This document shows, one piece after another, positions 36,673 through 50,000 of a DNA stretch of 64,000 nucleotides (positions are counted from its first letter, which is position 1; each line of letters starts with the position of its first letter). The notes under the pieces were generated by a model. The model made no database searches, was not told where the DNA came from, and worked only from the letters and a program-made list of their open reading frames with translations. This stretch comes from Marsupella aquatica. Lineage: Eukaryota > Plantae > Marchantiophyta. Both the position numbers and the translations under genes were made by a program. Where the stretch lies: NCBI GenBank assembly GCA_973895155.1, contig OZ316895.1, forward strand, positions 8,358,184 to 8,422,183, in the 5' to 3' direction.

Positions 36673-38760
36673 AAGTTTTAGAATTTTTTCAAACTCTACT
36701 ATAAGATAAAGCATAGATACATGTTTGAAAAAATTCTAACTCTACTATATAAAGACATACCTGGGCAATAAACACGAACGATTGACGAGAGAGTGCTCTG
36801 ATCCCAATTGGGCGTGAAGACGGTGCTCTGAAGAGAACTTAAGTAAGTAGCACAAACAGTTACATGAACCCTTTCACAAGCAGTAAACCCTTGCCTGCTG
36901 CAAGTAATTGGAAAGGTCTTATGTATGCGTAAGTAAGCACTACTAATTGAACCCTCCGTGACCATTTGTCATTCCCTTGATCCCAAACTAACTGTAATGA
37001 GCGGCAAATCCTCTTCCATCGCGGGTAATATATGTACTCTTTCTGCAATTCTGCTAAGTCAGTCGCACATGGTTCATTGGAAAGTTGACAGCCTCTCACA
37101 AGGACTATCCACGGTTGCTATCAATTCAAAATTAATAGCTGATGGCGGAAACCATGCACCTAGGTAAGTGTTGTGCAATAGGTACAGCCGAGTTGGTCAA
37201 CTGGTGTTAAATTAAGTTCAATTATGTCACTCCAATGACAAAGTATTCCAGCACCGTTTCAAGCGATGTTTAATTTCATTCACTTATGAATGAAGTCGCT
37301 TCGAAAACAATCAACAACAACTTTTTGAAATATGAGTCTACGTCATTAGATACTGTATTGGGAATACCTTGCCAGGTTCTTAAGTTTCAAAGCCATTTAA
37401 TTTGAAGACACTGACTTTCGACACTAACTAACGCACTAGCCTGTACTCTCGAATAAGTGACACTGATGTGCAAGTACAACTTATATTCAGGGCTGGACTC
37501 TGAGTCAAAAATAATTTGAGGACTGTCGGACATAGCTCAGATGCGGTCCAGATAACACTGCACAAACATAAATATTAGCACTCTCATCTGTTGAGGGAGC
37601 AGCAACACCGATCAAACGGATAGGAAGTTCAGACACTGGAGGTGTGAGGAAACACAGAGATTCGATTGTCCACATGTTAGACAAATTTCCACTAAGGATC
37701 TACTGGAATTTAACGGGAGCAAATACTTCAACGGGAGCAAATGGAAGCTAGTTGTAAAGTTAAAACCACAAAATGATATATTAGATAAAGCGTACAACAA
37801 GGAGATCGAGGTTCATTCCGTCGAGGCTGAAATTGGTCTTAAACCTGTCAATAGTAGATTTTGATCAATTGCATGGATCATAGATTTCCAATTAGGATTC
37901 CCAATAGGATAGCCTGAGAAGAACAATAGCCCTCCCTTTTCCACTGGACTTGAGGATAATCATAAAAAGAGCAGGATGACAACTACAGGTTTGAGTGAAC
38001 CCTATGTTGGTGCATCGTAGAGATGTAGCGCAGGAAGGTTGCCTTTCAATCATCCAATCACTTTTTGATGGATCATTCCATTCCAAAAATGTTCTTCGCA
38101 CAATCATACAATTGATACAGAGCAGTATTCTCATAGTATGAGAAAAAAACTTACAGAGTTTGCTTGTAGGGTGTATGACTATAGGCCCACGATGTAGGCT
38201 ATAGGTCAGCTCGCTTTTCCATTGAAAGTTGAAAGGCACGGTCAGCATAATCCCCTTGAAACCGGCGGTGATGATTCTGCTCCAGTCAATACCGGAATTC
38301 AATGGAGATTCCACAGACACTTGAGGCACAAACTTTATAACAAACGGACTACAGAAAATTTAGATAGTGCAGTAGTAGACCATGAAGAGAACAGTGAGCT
38401 CCAATTTCAACGAAGCAAACATGAAAACAAAGAATCGCAAAGATTGAGCACAAAATCAAGAAAAGATACGGCTGCTCAGATTCCTGAGAAGGAGTTTATG
38501 GATCTCGAAACCCTAGAGAAAAGCCCTCATAGACCTAAAGAATGGTTCTGGAAACTCTGATGGGCACAATCGGACCCAACAATAACACAAAGGCCCTCTG
38601 TCAAGAGAACAATGTTACTTGATAGGACTCTTGAGTTTTGGGGTACGTTGATTGAAACTCTATCATGGTCAATCAACGGTTTGGATCACTCAGGGGTACT
38701 ATGGAGCAACACTTTTCTTTTGGGGGCCCATCAACCAAACGGGCAACCAAATACCCCTAA

Positions 38761-39060
38761 ATTGTGCTATGGAGCATAGTTTGATGTGTGTATTATCACC
38801 CATCGACACAAAGGTTTGACAACATGCCCCCATGGAATCACAGCACGGGGAAAATTTGGTGCTATGAGTCCATGTAAGCATCTTGTCAAAAGTAAGTATA
38901 GAAATTATAAATTGTGTTAAAGAGCATAGTTTGATGAGTGGATTATCACTCATAGACACAAAGGTTGACAAGATGCCCCTATGGAATCGTAGAACCCTGA
39001 TAATCTGGTTTTGTGAGCCCATCTAAGCATCTTGTCAATGTTATATATAGTGTTATGGAG
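38761..39060. repeat. Degenerate ~150-bp tandem duplication
   Basis: attgtg..gagcatagtttgatg..gattatcac.cat.gacacaaagg...atgcccc.atggaatc...aagcatcttgtcaa occurs at 38761 and 38911. Confidence 0.8.
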
Positions 39061-39842
39061 TCTAATTTTCTCTAGTGTTCTTGGAACCCTGAAGAAAAGC
39101 CCCCATAGATGTACAAGGTTGGTTCTGGATATTGTTTGCATATATCAGTTTGGGGAGCAGGTTAGTGAAAACGTTCATCCAAAGCTCTTTTATGGTTGAA
39201 TTGGATGGCGGTAGTAGGCTAGCAAAGATGGGAAGAGCCCTCACACACAAATTAAGGAGGCCAGGTGAGCAATTGGATAGTACGGGTTTGTCTAAAACAT
39301 GCTAACAAAGAAATGGTGGGTTGACTAAAACCCAACCATACCTTGACTCCTTTGTGCAGGCCTTTTGCAAATATTTAGAAAAAAATAATTACTATTTTGG
39401 AAGGGGGGCACAATAGGCAAACAAAGCCCAAAATGCCAATCAAATTGTAAAGCAAAAGTTGAAAGATAGTCTACAATATACCACACAGCCTGAGTGTAAA
39501 TTAACAATGAAATTACTTTGCTAACCTTTATGATTATGGCCATCCAGGAAATGTTGTCTGGGCATCTTAACCCTAAATTAATCCCAATAATCACTTTCCT
39601 CAAATGTTATTTGTACAAAACAAGTAATGCCAATTGTAGAGTCCAGCTGATAGAAATGATAATTCTATTTGAAATGACACCAGTTTGCAATTGATTGATG
39701 TTTGCAATTGATTGATGTTTGCAATTTATTGATGTTAAGGTCACAATTGGGGTCAAATTCCACCTCACTGACAAGTGTTAGCCACTTTGGGCAAAAAATG
39801 ATCCAGGCTTTTTTTCTTGGATTAGCCAGTTTGTCACCTTGT

Positions 39843-40160
39843 CAGAGACCCCATTAGCTGAAATCTAACAATTATCCTTTATTAATTTTTCACCTAGCAA
39901 CAGACCCCATTAGTCAAAATCTGCCAGCTATCCTTTAAATCTCCCTACCCCATTAGCCCAAAACTAACAATTATCCTTTACTACTTTTTCACCTAGCAAC
40001 AGACCCCATTAGTCAAATCTGCCAGTTATCCTTTAAATCTCCCTTTACCCCATTAGCCCAAAACTAACAATTATCCTTTACTACTTTTTGTTCTAGCCAC
40101 AGACCCCGTTAGTCACAATCTGCCAGTTATCCTTTTAACTCTAGGGAGATATAACTCTCA
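39843..40160. repeat. Array of short subterminal-type repeats (agaccccattag / acaattatcctt)
   Basis: About six alternating copies, ending in ctagggagatataactctc. A related terminal sequence occurs at ~49048-49110. Confidence 0.7.
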
Positions 40161-40694
40161 GAAATTAATCTAAGAAATCATCCTTCACACAAGGTGACAT
40201 AGGCCACCTTCGCGAAAAAGGAAAAACCTTAAAATATACTCTGGCACGCGTCTCCCTACCCCACAAAATACAGAGTATTATCTTCAACCCTGAGAGATAA
40301 AACCCTGAGCACAGACCGGTTGGGCAGGTTGGGCATGTTGGGCATGTCCGAGCCAAACAGAGCACTACAGAATCGGCATGCTCACACTGAACCGCCACAG
40401 GCAAATTCTCTTGCTGCGCAGCAGATCGAACAAACTGGAGAATTGGCTGTAGAGTGGACTCCTGGAGCATCCGGATCAACCAATATTTCATTCGGCTAAA
40501 CACCATCTTCGTGGGAGACGCCATGAAATGAATTTGTGTTTTGGTCTGACAGAGATTCATCGATGTGGGGAGCCGATGCCTCGCATTGTGTAGAACCCAG
40601 GCTGCATTTTCGTTCATGCTGGGACGAGGCTGATGCCAGGAATTTGATGGGTTTCCTCCTGGTAGGAATGTGAGATAGGCGAGAGAATTTTACC

Positions 40695-42711
40695 ATGGAT
40701 TGCATTACCTGCTGCAGCTCAGCGACCGCCGTCAGCCCTTCTTCTCTCCAAGCGTCTGTGGTGTTCGAAGACTGTTCCTCATCTATGATCTGCTCCGTGG
40801 CCTCCCTCCGTTCTGGAGGAAGCTCGAGATTCCCAGAGAGGTATTTGGGGAGCTCGCTACATTTCAGGAATGTCAGTAGTTCTTCTTTGAGAACCTCTGC
40901 AATTTTTTCTTCCTCTGCTCCTCTAGTTGTGCGCAGCGACGCTTTGCAAACACACGATTTCCCCTCTCCTAATCCAAGAGATGAGGATAGCGGCTCTCAG
41001 AATTTGTCTGCAAAGGAGAGAAGGAAGTTGAGGAATGAAAGACGAGAAGCAGCGAAGCTTGCCCAAGAGGTGCCATGGAGGGAGGTGGTGCAGGATAGAT
41101 TGCTAGAGAAAAAGAAGAAGATTAGAAGCTGGCAAGAGGATGCTGATATCAATCTGTGTATTGCCAAAGGTGTCCAGTGGTGGATGATACAGACTACTAG
41201 ACGGTATGAGTTTGATGTCGCCGAGCAGATAGAGATAATATTCCCGGAAGAATTTCCAGGAAGGGAATTTCAGGTGCGTCCTTCGGATTTCCTAGCATTA
41301 CCACCTTTAAACGCTTTCTTTGATTTATTTCGACCTTACATGCTGGGAGTATGGAGTCCATTTGAAATGCTTGGTCAAGAGATGCCTAAAGAATTCGAAG
41401 AGATTGTCGGCATGATCGTTGCATTTGTCATCGAATAATTCTGATTTTGGAAATTCATGATCGTTACCTAGGCAATAAAGTCTAATAAACCTTGTAGATA
41501 TTCCTCCAGGATGATTTGCTATGTTCTTTGATGTGGTCTTGATCGATACATTTGATACAAACCTGAACCTCCAGAACTTCTTCCATGGGGTTGTTTTCGA
41601 GGTCAAGCACAAGGATGCCTAAGGCTGTAGTTTCAGAGATTTATTTGCTAAAAGACCTTCTCTTGATGGTATTCAGGTACTTGTACCAACAGTGCCAGTG
41701 ACGACAAAGTTGAAAGACGGAAGTGTGTCTCAAGCAAGAAAGAAACTGTACGAGGGCATTGTGCTGCTGCGGTGTCTTCTTGACCGTGACGTCTATTTCA
41801 TGGTCAAAAAAATACCGCGTGCTTATGAGTTCTTCGGGACCCAGGCAGGTCTGAGGTATGGTGAAAGGATGTCCAACCTGTCAATTGTGTGTCTCAAGGG
41901 CACGAAGTTTTTCATGTGAAGTCGACAAGGCTTGCGAGTCAGCCTCTCGTGTTGAGTAAAACCAATGGTTGAGTGTACTCTGTACAGGAATTACTTATTA
42001 ACCTCAGGGTAACTGAATGTGTTGTTTTCGTTATGTGTGTGTCTGCATAAGGTTCCGTGACTTCCATTCGGACCACCGTGAGGTTTGCGTAACTTGGGGG
42101 GCACTAGGAAAACTCCTATCATTGCTGTGATTTTGCAGCTTACAGTTGGATCCTTCGGTTATATCTTTGTTGTACAGCTTGCAGCCGATAGTCATGCCTG
42201 CACCCGTGTCAAATTTCAACATGGAGATCATGATCGAAAAGATCCGGAAGCAAGAGGAAGAGTATGAGGAATTCAAGGAACAATGTAGGATAGAACTTGA
42301 AGAGCAGAGGAAAGAGAAAAAGAGGAAGGACGAAGAGCAGAAGCGAAGAGATGTGGAACAGGAAATTCTGAAGGCAAAGGGTCTGGTACTTACAATCGGT
42401 TCTACTGTCAGGGTGTTGTCAGGCCCCTTCCTGGACTTCACAGGGGTAGTGATTGAGCTTCTACCTCAAAAGAAGGTGAGGTTCTAGAGACACGTATTCC
42501 ATCATATTCACCTGGTCGTCTTCTTTGTTGGAGCACTTTGTCTGGTGCACAAGGCTGGATCTTTTGAATAACGCCTCTCCTTTATTGATCGCAGATTAAA
42601 GCCATCGTGACTGTTTTTGGAAATGACACACTGATTGTGTTAGACATAGGGGAAGTGGCCGTCGAAGCTGCTGCAAGTGACCAAAAAAGGGGAATGACGT
42701 ACAAAGCTTGA
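40695..42711 (+). CDS. PTAC13: Plastid NusG-family protein (plastid transcriptionally active chromosome 13), ~390 aa. Exons 40695-41273, 41677-41855, 42178-42475, 42595-42711
   Basis: Ser-rich transit peptide, SAKERRKLRNERRE, NGN domain (GVQWWMIQT...FP..EFQVLVP...KLKDGS...KKLYEG) and KOW motif GSTVRVLSGPFLDFTGVV...VTVFG. The spliced frame totals 1173 nt. Confidence 0.88.
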
Positions 42712-43262
42712 CTTAAATTGAAATCTGATTTCGTGGGCCCATTTGCCCATGGAACGAAGAAATTCTAAATGATTAGGAGAGGGAGGTCCACGTAGACCCA
42801 ACTAGAGCCACTGCACGTTGCAGTTTTGGATGTTTCGGAGATATGGCTTATTGAGCTGGGTTTTGGAATCTGATTCCGAGTGTCAATATTAAATCTGGTA
42901 TTCAGGCTTACCACTACTATCTGGCAACATCACAACACAAGGGAATTGGAATTCTTTGTTGGTTCCAAAAGTGATTTTGAGTGTAAACATGAAACCTGGT
43001 ACGCAGTCTTAGGGCTTTTATCGGCAACATGACAATACAAGGGAATTGGAGTTTTGTGTTGGTTCCAGGAGGTGACCTAGTGCAAAGTTATGATATCATT
43101 CTTAACAGAATGGGCGGTCTGTTTTTCACCTGATGGCGTAGTCTGCAAATCCATTAATGCCTATGTATCTAGTTCTAAGAAGTAAAGCGCAATGTCTCCA
43201 AATTCTAAGAAGCCGAGGATGTGGGGGTCCTCTCTCCTAATTCCTGAGAAGATGTGCACAAT

Positions 43263-43460
43263 GGTTGGCCCACTTCGCACCAAGAAGCTGGATTTCAAAC
43301 TGAAACTTACTTCATCCACTTCCCCAGCCAAGAATTAATCTGGCAGTCTAATGAACCCATGAGGTTGGCCCGATTCGCACCAAGAAGCTGGATTTCAAAC
43401 TGAAATTTACTTCATCCATTTCGGCAGCCAAAAATTAATCTGGCAGTCTAATGACCCCAT
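43263..43460. repeat. ~100-bp tandem duplication between the convergent PTAC13 and SAL1 3' ends
   Basis: ggttggccc..ttcgcaccaagaagctggatttcaaactgaaa...attaatctggcagtctaatga occurs twice. Confidence 0.85.
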
Positions 43461-43671
43461 GTGATCCGTACAGTAGATTACATACAATTTAAGTAGGCCA
43501 CATTAACAGATTCATTACCCGACCTCTGCTTCCACATTCAATTTTGTGGTTTTTCTGAATGCCACCATTAAACTTGCCACTTTGAGCGGGAGTGGACTTT
43601 TTTTAAACGTTATGTTTCAGCCAATATTATTCCTCAAGACAAGTCCTTCAGCTTATGGGGCACCAAACCTT

Positions 43672-46600
43672 TCATAGGGTTGAAGAACTCTTCACACTAG
43701 GTACCTCTTCTCTAACTGCGCTCTGGACGGCTGCCAAAACTTCTGCCTCTAGTTTTTTGTTTGTTGCAATGATTCCTTTGTCCAGATCCAAAAATCTTCC
43801 CTTCGAGAAGTCCAATGGTTTCCCAGCAGCATCAAAAACAACGCCACCAGCCTCTGACAAAGCCAATCAACAGCACTTCACTCAGATATACCATACCGTC
43901 CGTTGTTAAGTAGCGTAAAGTCGTCAAGCTAATGTAAGGCCAAAAAAGACTACACGGGGAAGAATTGGAGGGAACGTTCCTACCAGTGTTAGGAAGACAA
44001 TACTTCGCTGAATGAAGAAGCTGATTTACTATAGCAAAGTCTGAAAGAGGACATCCAATGCCATAAAAATGCAAATGGCCAATCCCTATTACATTCACTG
44101 GAGCTTACCTTAAACTTTTTTTGATGGTACTTAAAGGAAATTCGATCAAAAAATGTTTACCTGTAATAACAATACATCCTGCTGCATGGTCCCAGATCTT
44201 TTCCCGGTATCCTGGGTGTGGAAATCGGAGATAAATTACAGCATCTCCTCTTGCCATGGCACCATATTTGGCTTGGCTATCGATCCTCACAGGGGGTGCC
44301 TTGACTCCCAGTTTCTGTCAGCCATTAGAACACATCATCACGAGGGCATCCGAAATATGACAAAGGCTGAGGAGATCCGATAAACAGAATCAACCGGTAA
44401 CACCACTTGGATGCAGGTTGCATGCATCAAGAGAGCACCTACAAAGGACATAGCTTTTCAAGAGAGGATTGCCAACCTTTCTCAAACAGCACATAGAAAG
44501 TTGCTCACAAATATCGGTCGGAGACTTATTCTAACATGCCTACAACGAAGCAAAAGATTCATTCTTGTGAGCCTCAAGAGAACGATTGCACTCATGTTTC
44601 CAAACGGAAGTGAACAACCCTTGTTAGAGAGCTGCACAAGCATTGCCAACTTACACGTGCAATGTTGCCAGTTAGACCTTGAAGTGAGTGTGCTGATTCA
44701 TATGATTCGCAAAACGCACCCAGGCTTGGGTCTTCCACTTTACTAACATAAACCTGAGCATCCAGACGCAAAGGACGGTTGCTATCAATTACCAGACAGT
44801 GACTAGGACATGTTCATGAAAATATCCTATAACACACCTCAGTGACTAAGAAAAATTGAGTTTTTCTCTTGTTTCTTTTTGGTGGAGGTAACCTGCCGTT
44901 CACAGCTCATTCTTCTCGGTTGGAGTTCATTATGATCTGAAACCCTGTCTCTACAGCAGTCATCTCATCCTTATAGGGAATCTGAGGGCAATGCTAAGCA
45001 CACCGGTAGGCAATTTATGGCATCCTATATAGATGAGAGTATCAGAACGCAATACAGGTTAAGCACAAACAATGTCTTGCCCAGCTGCTCATACTTCTTC
45101 CTCTTGGTGGTCCTATTCTGAGCTTAAAGCTAAGCACAGTTCCTCAAAATCATAAAATTTGTGGAAGGTGGACAGAATAGAAAATGGACAATGAAATCAA
45201 CCTCCAGTCCAAGGGAAGACAGAAAGAAGCCAAACGCACCCTCTGTGGTGGAACAGACCCATCAAGAGACTGCATGACTGTTCCTCCTCCTTTTGTTGCA
45301 GCGAAAAGGCATCCAATTGGTTGGTCTGGTGAAATTGGCACTCTTGATGCGATGGATGTTATAGGTAAATTTGGACAACCAAGCACACCAGCAACAACCT
45401 CTCCTTCATCCAGAAGTCCCAACGCGACTGCATACTGATCTCCTCGCACGAACCTGACCCATCGGCAAATTGACTCTTCGGATTATCCAACAAACGTCAA
45501 GGTCCGTCAAGATTCTAGTCAGCTCACATTGAAGGTTCTTGAAACGCCCTACGAATCCATAAAAACCATTTCAAGCAGATCTGAGGAAAGGTTCGATACC
45601 ACACTTTGTCCGAAGTTTAAAATCCTCACCCTTTAGTTCCATCTATCGGATCCAGCACCCAATGTCGTCCGGAAGGACCGCCTTGGGATCCACCCCTATC
45701 AATCGCTGTCAGCACATCCTCATTTGATAAAATCACAGAGCCAAAGCTACCGTCTGCAGCAATGGTCTCATTCACAAGTTCGGTAACTCTCTCAAGTATA
45801 GCTGACCCTCCCTCTGCTAGTAAGTCCTCCGTATCCTGCGATCCGCAAATTTGCATTACTTTGTGATGCCATGATTGCAGGACAAGTTTTGAACAAATCT
45901 ACTATAGACAATTGACAGGACATTCCAAGGTGGAACAACCTCGTCTGAAACGCCGACGGCACTACTAGAATAACCATTCTTCAAGTGTCTCGTATCTAAG
46001 GTGAACATGACATCCTTATGGGAATAACCCACGCATCATGGACTTGAAAGTAGATGACAAGAGATTTACAAGCACAGAAGAAGCACCAGGAAGTGTAATT
46101 CCAACTGGTAATAAGAAGAGAAGGAACGTTAACTTACTTCCTCTGCTACCATGGAGAAAGTTCCTGACGGCAATGCACGTTCTAGGGCCCAGCTGACCAA
46201 GGCTTGAGAGCCTACAAAAGTTAGGTGCATAAGGTAAGGCATACTTCAACTCACGGTAGCAGTTCTAAGCTGTTTGTTGCCCATGACTTGCTGGTGCTAT
46301 AAGACTAGATTACTACGGACTACCCAAAATTGAACGGGACAATGATGTCATGAAAGTACTGAAGACCGTGTCTAAGAAAGGCTTCAACAAATATGTTCAA
46401 CACACCATAGTCAGCAACAGTTACAGGGGATTTGTCAGCTTTGGCTTGCGTCTCTTTGGTTAGAAGTTTTCTTTGAACACCCTGCGAAAACCCAGGTTCA
46501 TTCCCTCTTCAACACATCGATCCAAAGCAGTGCTGCAATGATCAACAATTACATACACATCTACTAACAGAAGAAAAATTAAAAACCTTAACAAGGAATC

Positions 46601-47026
46601 CCAATCAAAATACCCGGGGTTTAGGACCGGAAAACCTGGGTGATCTCATTTGCACACATTGCAAGAAACTCAAAATTTATAGCAGACTGTTCAGAATCAT
46701 GACGAGAAGGAGTATGTTAAGGAAACCATTGAGAAGTACCTTTACTGAGACGTTACAATTACCAAGGTTTACAAATTCTTGGCCAGGTGTATCCTTGCCG
46801 GAGCATGATAACAACACCAAGTAACAAAACTAGAGGTTCGAATTCATCCTACCTGGCAAAGCCGAGACGCCAGAGAAACGGCTCGAATGGCCAGTTGCAA
46901 ATCATCCTCGTAAGCCATGCTCCGGATCGGTCGAACACTGCTTGGACGACCTTTGCCGGCAGCAACTACCGATCTAGGGCAAGGCAAATACTGAAATAAG
47001 CTCCGGCATACCACCAACGCCTGCAT
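43672..47026 (-). CDS. SAL1: 3'(2'),5'-bisphosphate nucleotidase / inositol polyphosphate 1-phosphatase (SAL1/FIERY1-like). Exons 47026-46853, 46481-46406, 46211-46138, 45835-45630, 45453-45240, 44753-44655, 44314-44161, 43853-43672
   Basis: Motifs KADKSPVTVADYGSQ, MVAEED, WVLDPIDGTKGFVRGDQYAVAL, ESYESAHS, RIDSQAKY, EKIWDHAAG and EAGGVV. All junctions are GT-AG and in phase. Confidence 0.93.
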
Positions 47027-50000
47027 CAGTGTCGCCTGAGAAAAGCCGACTGCCGCGCTGCGATCACCCTGCAGAGGTCCTGTAAAAATTCTCACGCTGC
47101 CCTTTGAGAAGACCCTACTGTAGTTTATGGCTCAGTTAAAAACTCCGTAGAAGAGCACGACCCAGGGCTTACAAATATCCTCGTGAAATTCTGTGATGTG
47201 GGGCTTTCCGTGCGTGTTCATCACTGTCACCGCATCGATAATCTCTTCTCTTCCTCGCCCTCTTCTCTTCCCTCGAAACAGCACTCAGCTGCCATCTACC
47301 GAGCTGATAATGCTTCGATCACTTACGCTTTCTAGGACCGATGGTGCAAAATTCAAGCTATAAAGGGGTTGGAAGGAGATATTGTAAAGGACCAATTTAC
47401 TAAAAGAGCTTTTTAAGCACATTGCCACTAAAGATGTTCCAATTGACAATTCTGCCACCATGTGCTTTCGGATATGGTTCCCGTGGTTAGAGGCCACGAG
47501 AAGCTGTGAAATTCTGTCTGTTGACAAAACCAGCTCCTCCATCCAAGTCCATTGCATCTGATGGAAAGCCTTTCATTCCACAAACAGCACAGTAGGAGCC
47601 CCACAAAGAATACCCTTCAATGATGCAACTCTATGTTACGAGAATGAGTTGGTACAAGGGTCTCCAAGGGCATCCCCAAACTCTTGCACTCCAAGGGCAT
47701 CCCCAAACTCTTAGGGTGGCTTTCCAAGGAGTCAGCCCCATAGCTTTTCTATTCCCTTTGAGATGAGAATGAGTGGAAACGTCTGCACTTGGCTTGATAG
47801 GAACTTGGGGGACCATTCAAATCCAGTGTCTACCTATCCTATCTGGCAAGGAGTGGACCCAACCAAATAAATGCTATTGTGGAGTGCTTGTGGTTTGAGA
47901 ATTTTAGACCACCTCTAAAGGTGTTCCAAACATTTCCAAACTTTGGCTCCTTCAATCAAGGGATTTGCATCTTTTGAACTTCACTTCAACGTAGTTTTGT
48001 CAAACACTTATTGTCATGAATCTGGGTTTTACTTAGAGACAATTTGAATTCCAGAATTTGGCATGACTATGGTACCCTTGCAGATAGTTAACATACTAAC
48101 GCATGAGTCTTCAGAAATGTCACAGGTCTCCTCATCTTAGCCTACACAGGGCCTCACACAAACCCTTGTGCCTCCCAGTCCTAGCCATTTCCTAATTAAT
48201 CTGCTTGGCTTACATTAGCAGGAAATTAGTTGTTCCATGTAAACTTTACCAAATAAGTATAAACTTGGTATTACATGGGATATAACAATGTGATCCAAAT
48301 CATTAATAACAGTTTAGTCATTTAAATGACTAGCCAAGGCATTACACATTCCACCCCTACCTTAGTTTTTCGACTCTGAATCTTATACTAGTCATACACT
48401 GGACTAATATTGACTAAGATGTTCTGGGAGTCACTCTAGTTTTGACTCATATACTTTGAAAGTCAGTTTTTTATCAACTCACTGACTACCCAGTCAAAAT
48501 GAGTCACAATGACCAGTCCTGGCCAGTTGGCTCTAAGAGGGTCTAGTGATAAAGGGCGGCTTCCTTCTAGTGTTGGTCTGGAGTCTATCTTTAGAACAAG
48601 CAGTGGCCCTCCAGTTTGCCGTGATGAAAAAAATACAAGTGCCCCACCTCTTCTGAAGCCACCCGAGTGATAGTAAAGGAGAGAATTAGATGTATAGTGG
48701 CTGGCAAATTAAATGAAAAGATAAACCGGGAGATAAACCATACCCAGAAGTGGACCACGCCAACGATTGCATGCTGGGAATAAATGGCCACGTGGTCCAA
48801 AAAACCCAGTTGAGCAACACCTGCAGAAAAACAACAAAAGGAGAAAAGGAGTGTGTCCACAAGGAAAGCTGGACCCACACTCAAAGGGGACGAAAGAAAG
48901 ACTGGCCAAGTCACCCTCCACAGTTGTTGCACACAGTTTTTTTCTAGTGGCCAAAATTAGCCAAATTCCACTGTCTTAGCCACTTGTTAATGAAATTCAC
49001 GATTTTTTGGTCTCCCATGAGTCAGGCTCCCATTTTCCACTAAGCACAGACCCCACTAGCCAGAATCATCCAGTTTTTGTTCAATCTAGGGACATCTAAC
49101 GCTGTAATCTACTAAATTTCATAATTGCTATTTCTAGCATCTTCTATTTTATACAAGGCAACATCTGCCACCTTAGCAAAACAGAAAAGAGTGATCTTAA
49201 AAATTACCCTGGTTGGACACTCCCATGTTGATCAATCCACACACAAAATTTCAGTTGGAACCATCTAGGGTCGCACTAAAATGAATTGTGGAAAGTGGGA
49301 CATCGTTTTAAGGCAACAGCCCCACAAATGTAAGTGTCTCCCTTAGGCACCCATGACTGCGTTAGATTATTAAAGTTTAATAGTTTCACTAACATTCAAC
49401 TTAACTCAGCCAACAGTTTAGTTTTAATAGCTACTAGCCCCAACTACCCTTTCTTTGAACGTGAATAGTTGGAGAGGACAATATTCACCAAAATATATTC
49501 CCTATTCACATTCTTTGAAGATTGAAGGTTAATGAAAGGATAAAAAAACCATCATGCATGTCATCATTTTAATAATCTTACATAACATACCATTCCCCTT
49601 TCTATGCACATTTGTTATGGTGAGGCCATATAGCCCATTTTTTAAATGTAAATAGAAATCATCACAAAAAGAATGTATAATTTATCATTTGATATATATT
49701 ATAGTCATGAGTTCTCACATCCATATGATGGGGTATGGAGGTACGTCTAGAGGCTTCACCCTAGAAACCTAGGCCCCAACTCTAGCTTGTAAATAATGCT
49801 TTATAAATAAGATAGTAAGCTATTCACCTTCTATAACGGGTTGAATAGTCTTCCTGAAATTCTTGGGTAGCCAAGTCAAATACCTTATCCTCATCATAGG
49901 GTTACCAAGGTTAGTTCTTTTAACAGTGGTTGGCCACAGTGTAATCATGAAGTGTCATGTGGCCCACAACAACAATGGACATTACTATATTCAAAACACC

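Larger units (their letters stand above)
27000..38600 (+). mobile_element. Helitron-like composite element or nest (boundaries approximate)
   Basis: Continuous AT-rich block between the F-box gene 5' region and later repeats. It contains the Rep/Hel gene, orphan ORFs, a CACTA fragment and a TET-like pseudogene. Termini were not confidently found. Confidence 0.5.

Noticed and set aside
37892-38560. Overlapping ORFs of 145 aa (-) and 112 aa (+)
   Set aside because: No motifs, non-ATG or weak starts, and no splice support.
27464-38600. Endogenous giant-virus or geminivirus insertion as explanation of the AT-rich, intron-poor block
   Set aside because: No capsid, polymerase or packaging ATPase motifs were seen. 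HUH Rep fused to an SF1 Pif1 helicase is the Helitron architecture.
41988-42082. Two possible micro-exons in PTAC13 intron 2
   Set aside because: They would need a 43-nt intron. Direct splicing 41855-42178 keeps frame and gives the expected NGN loop length.
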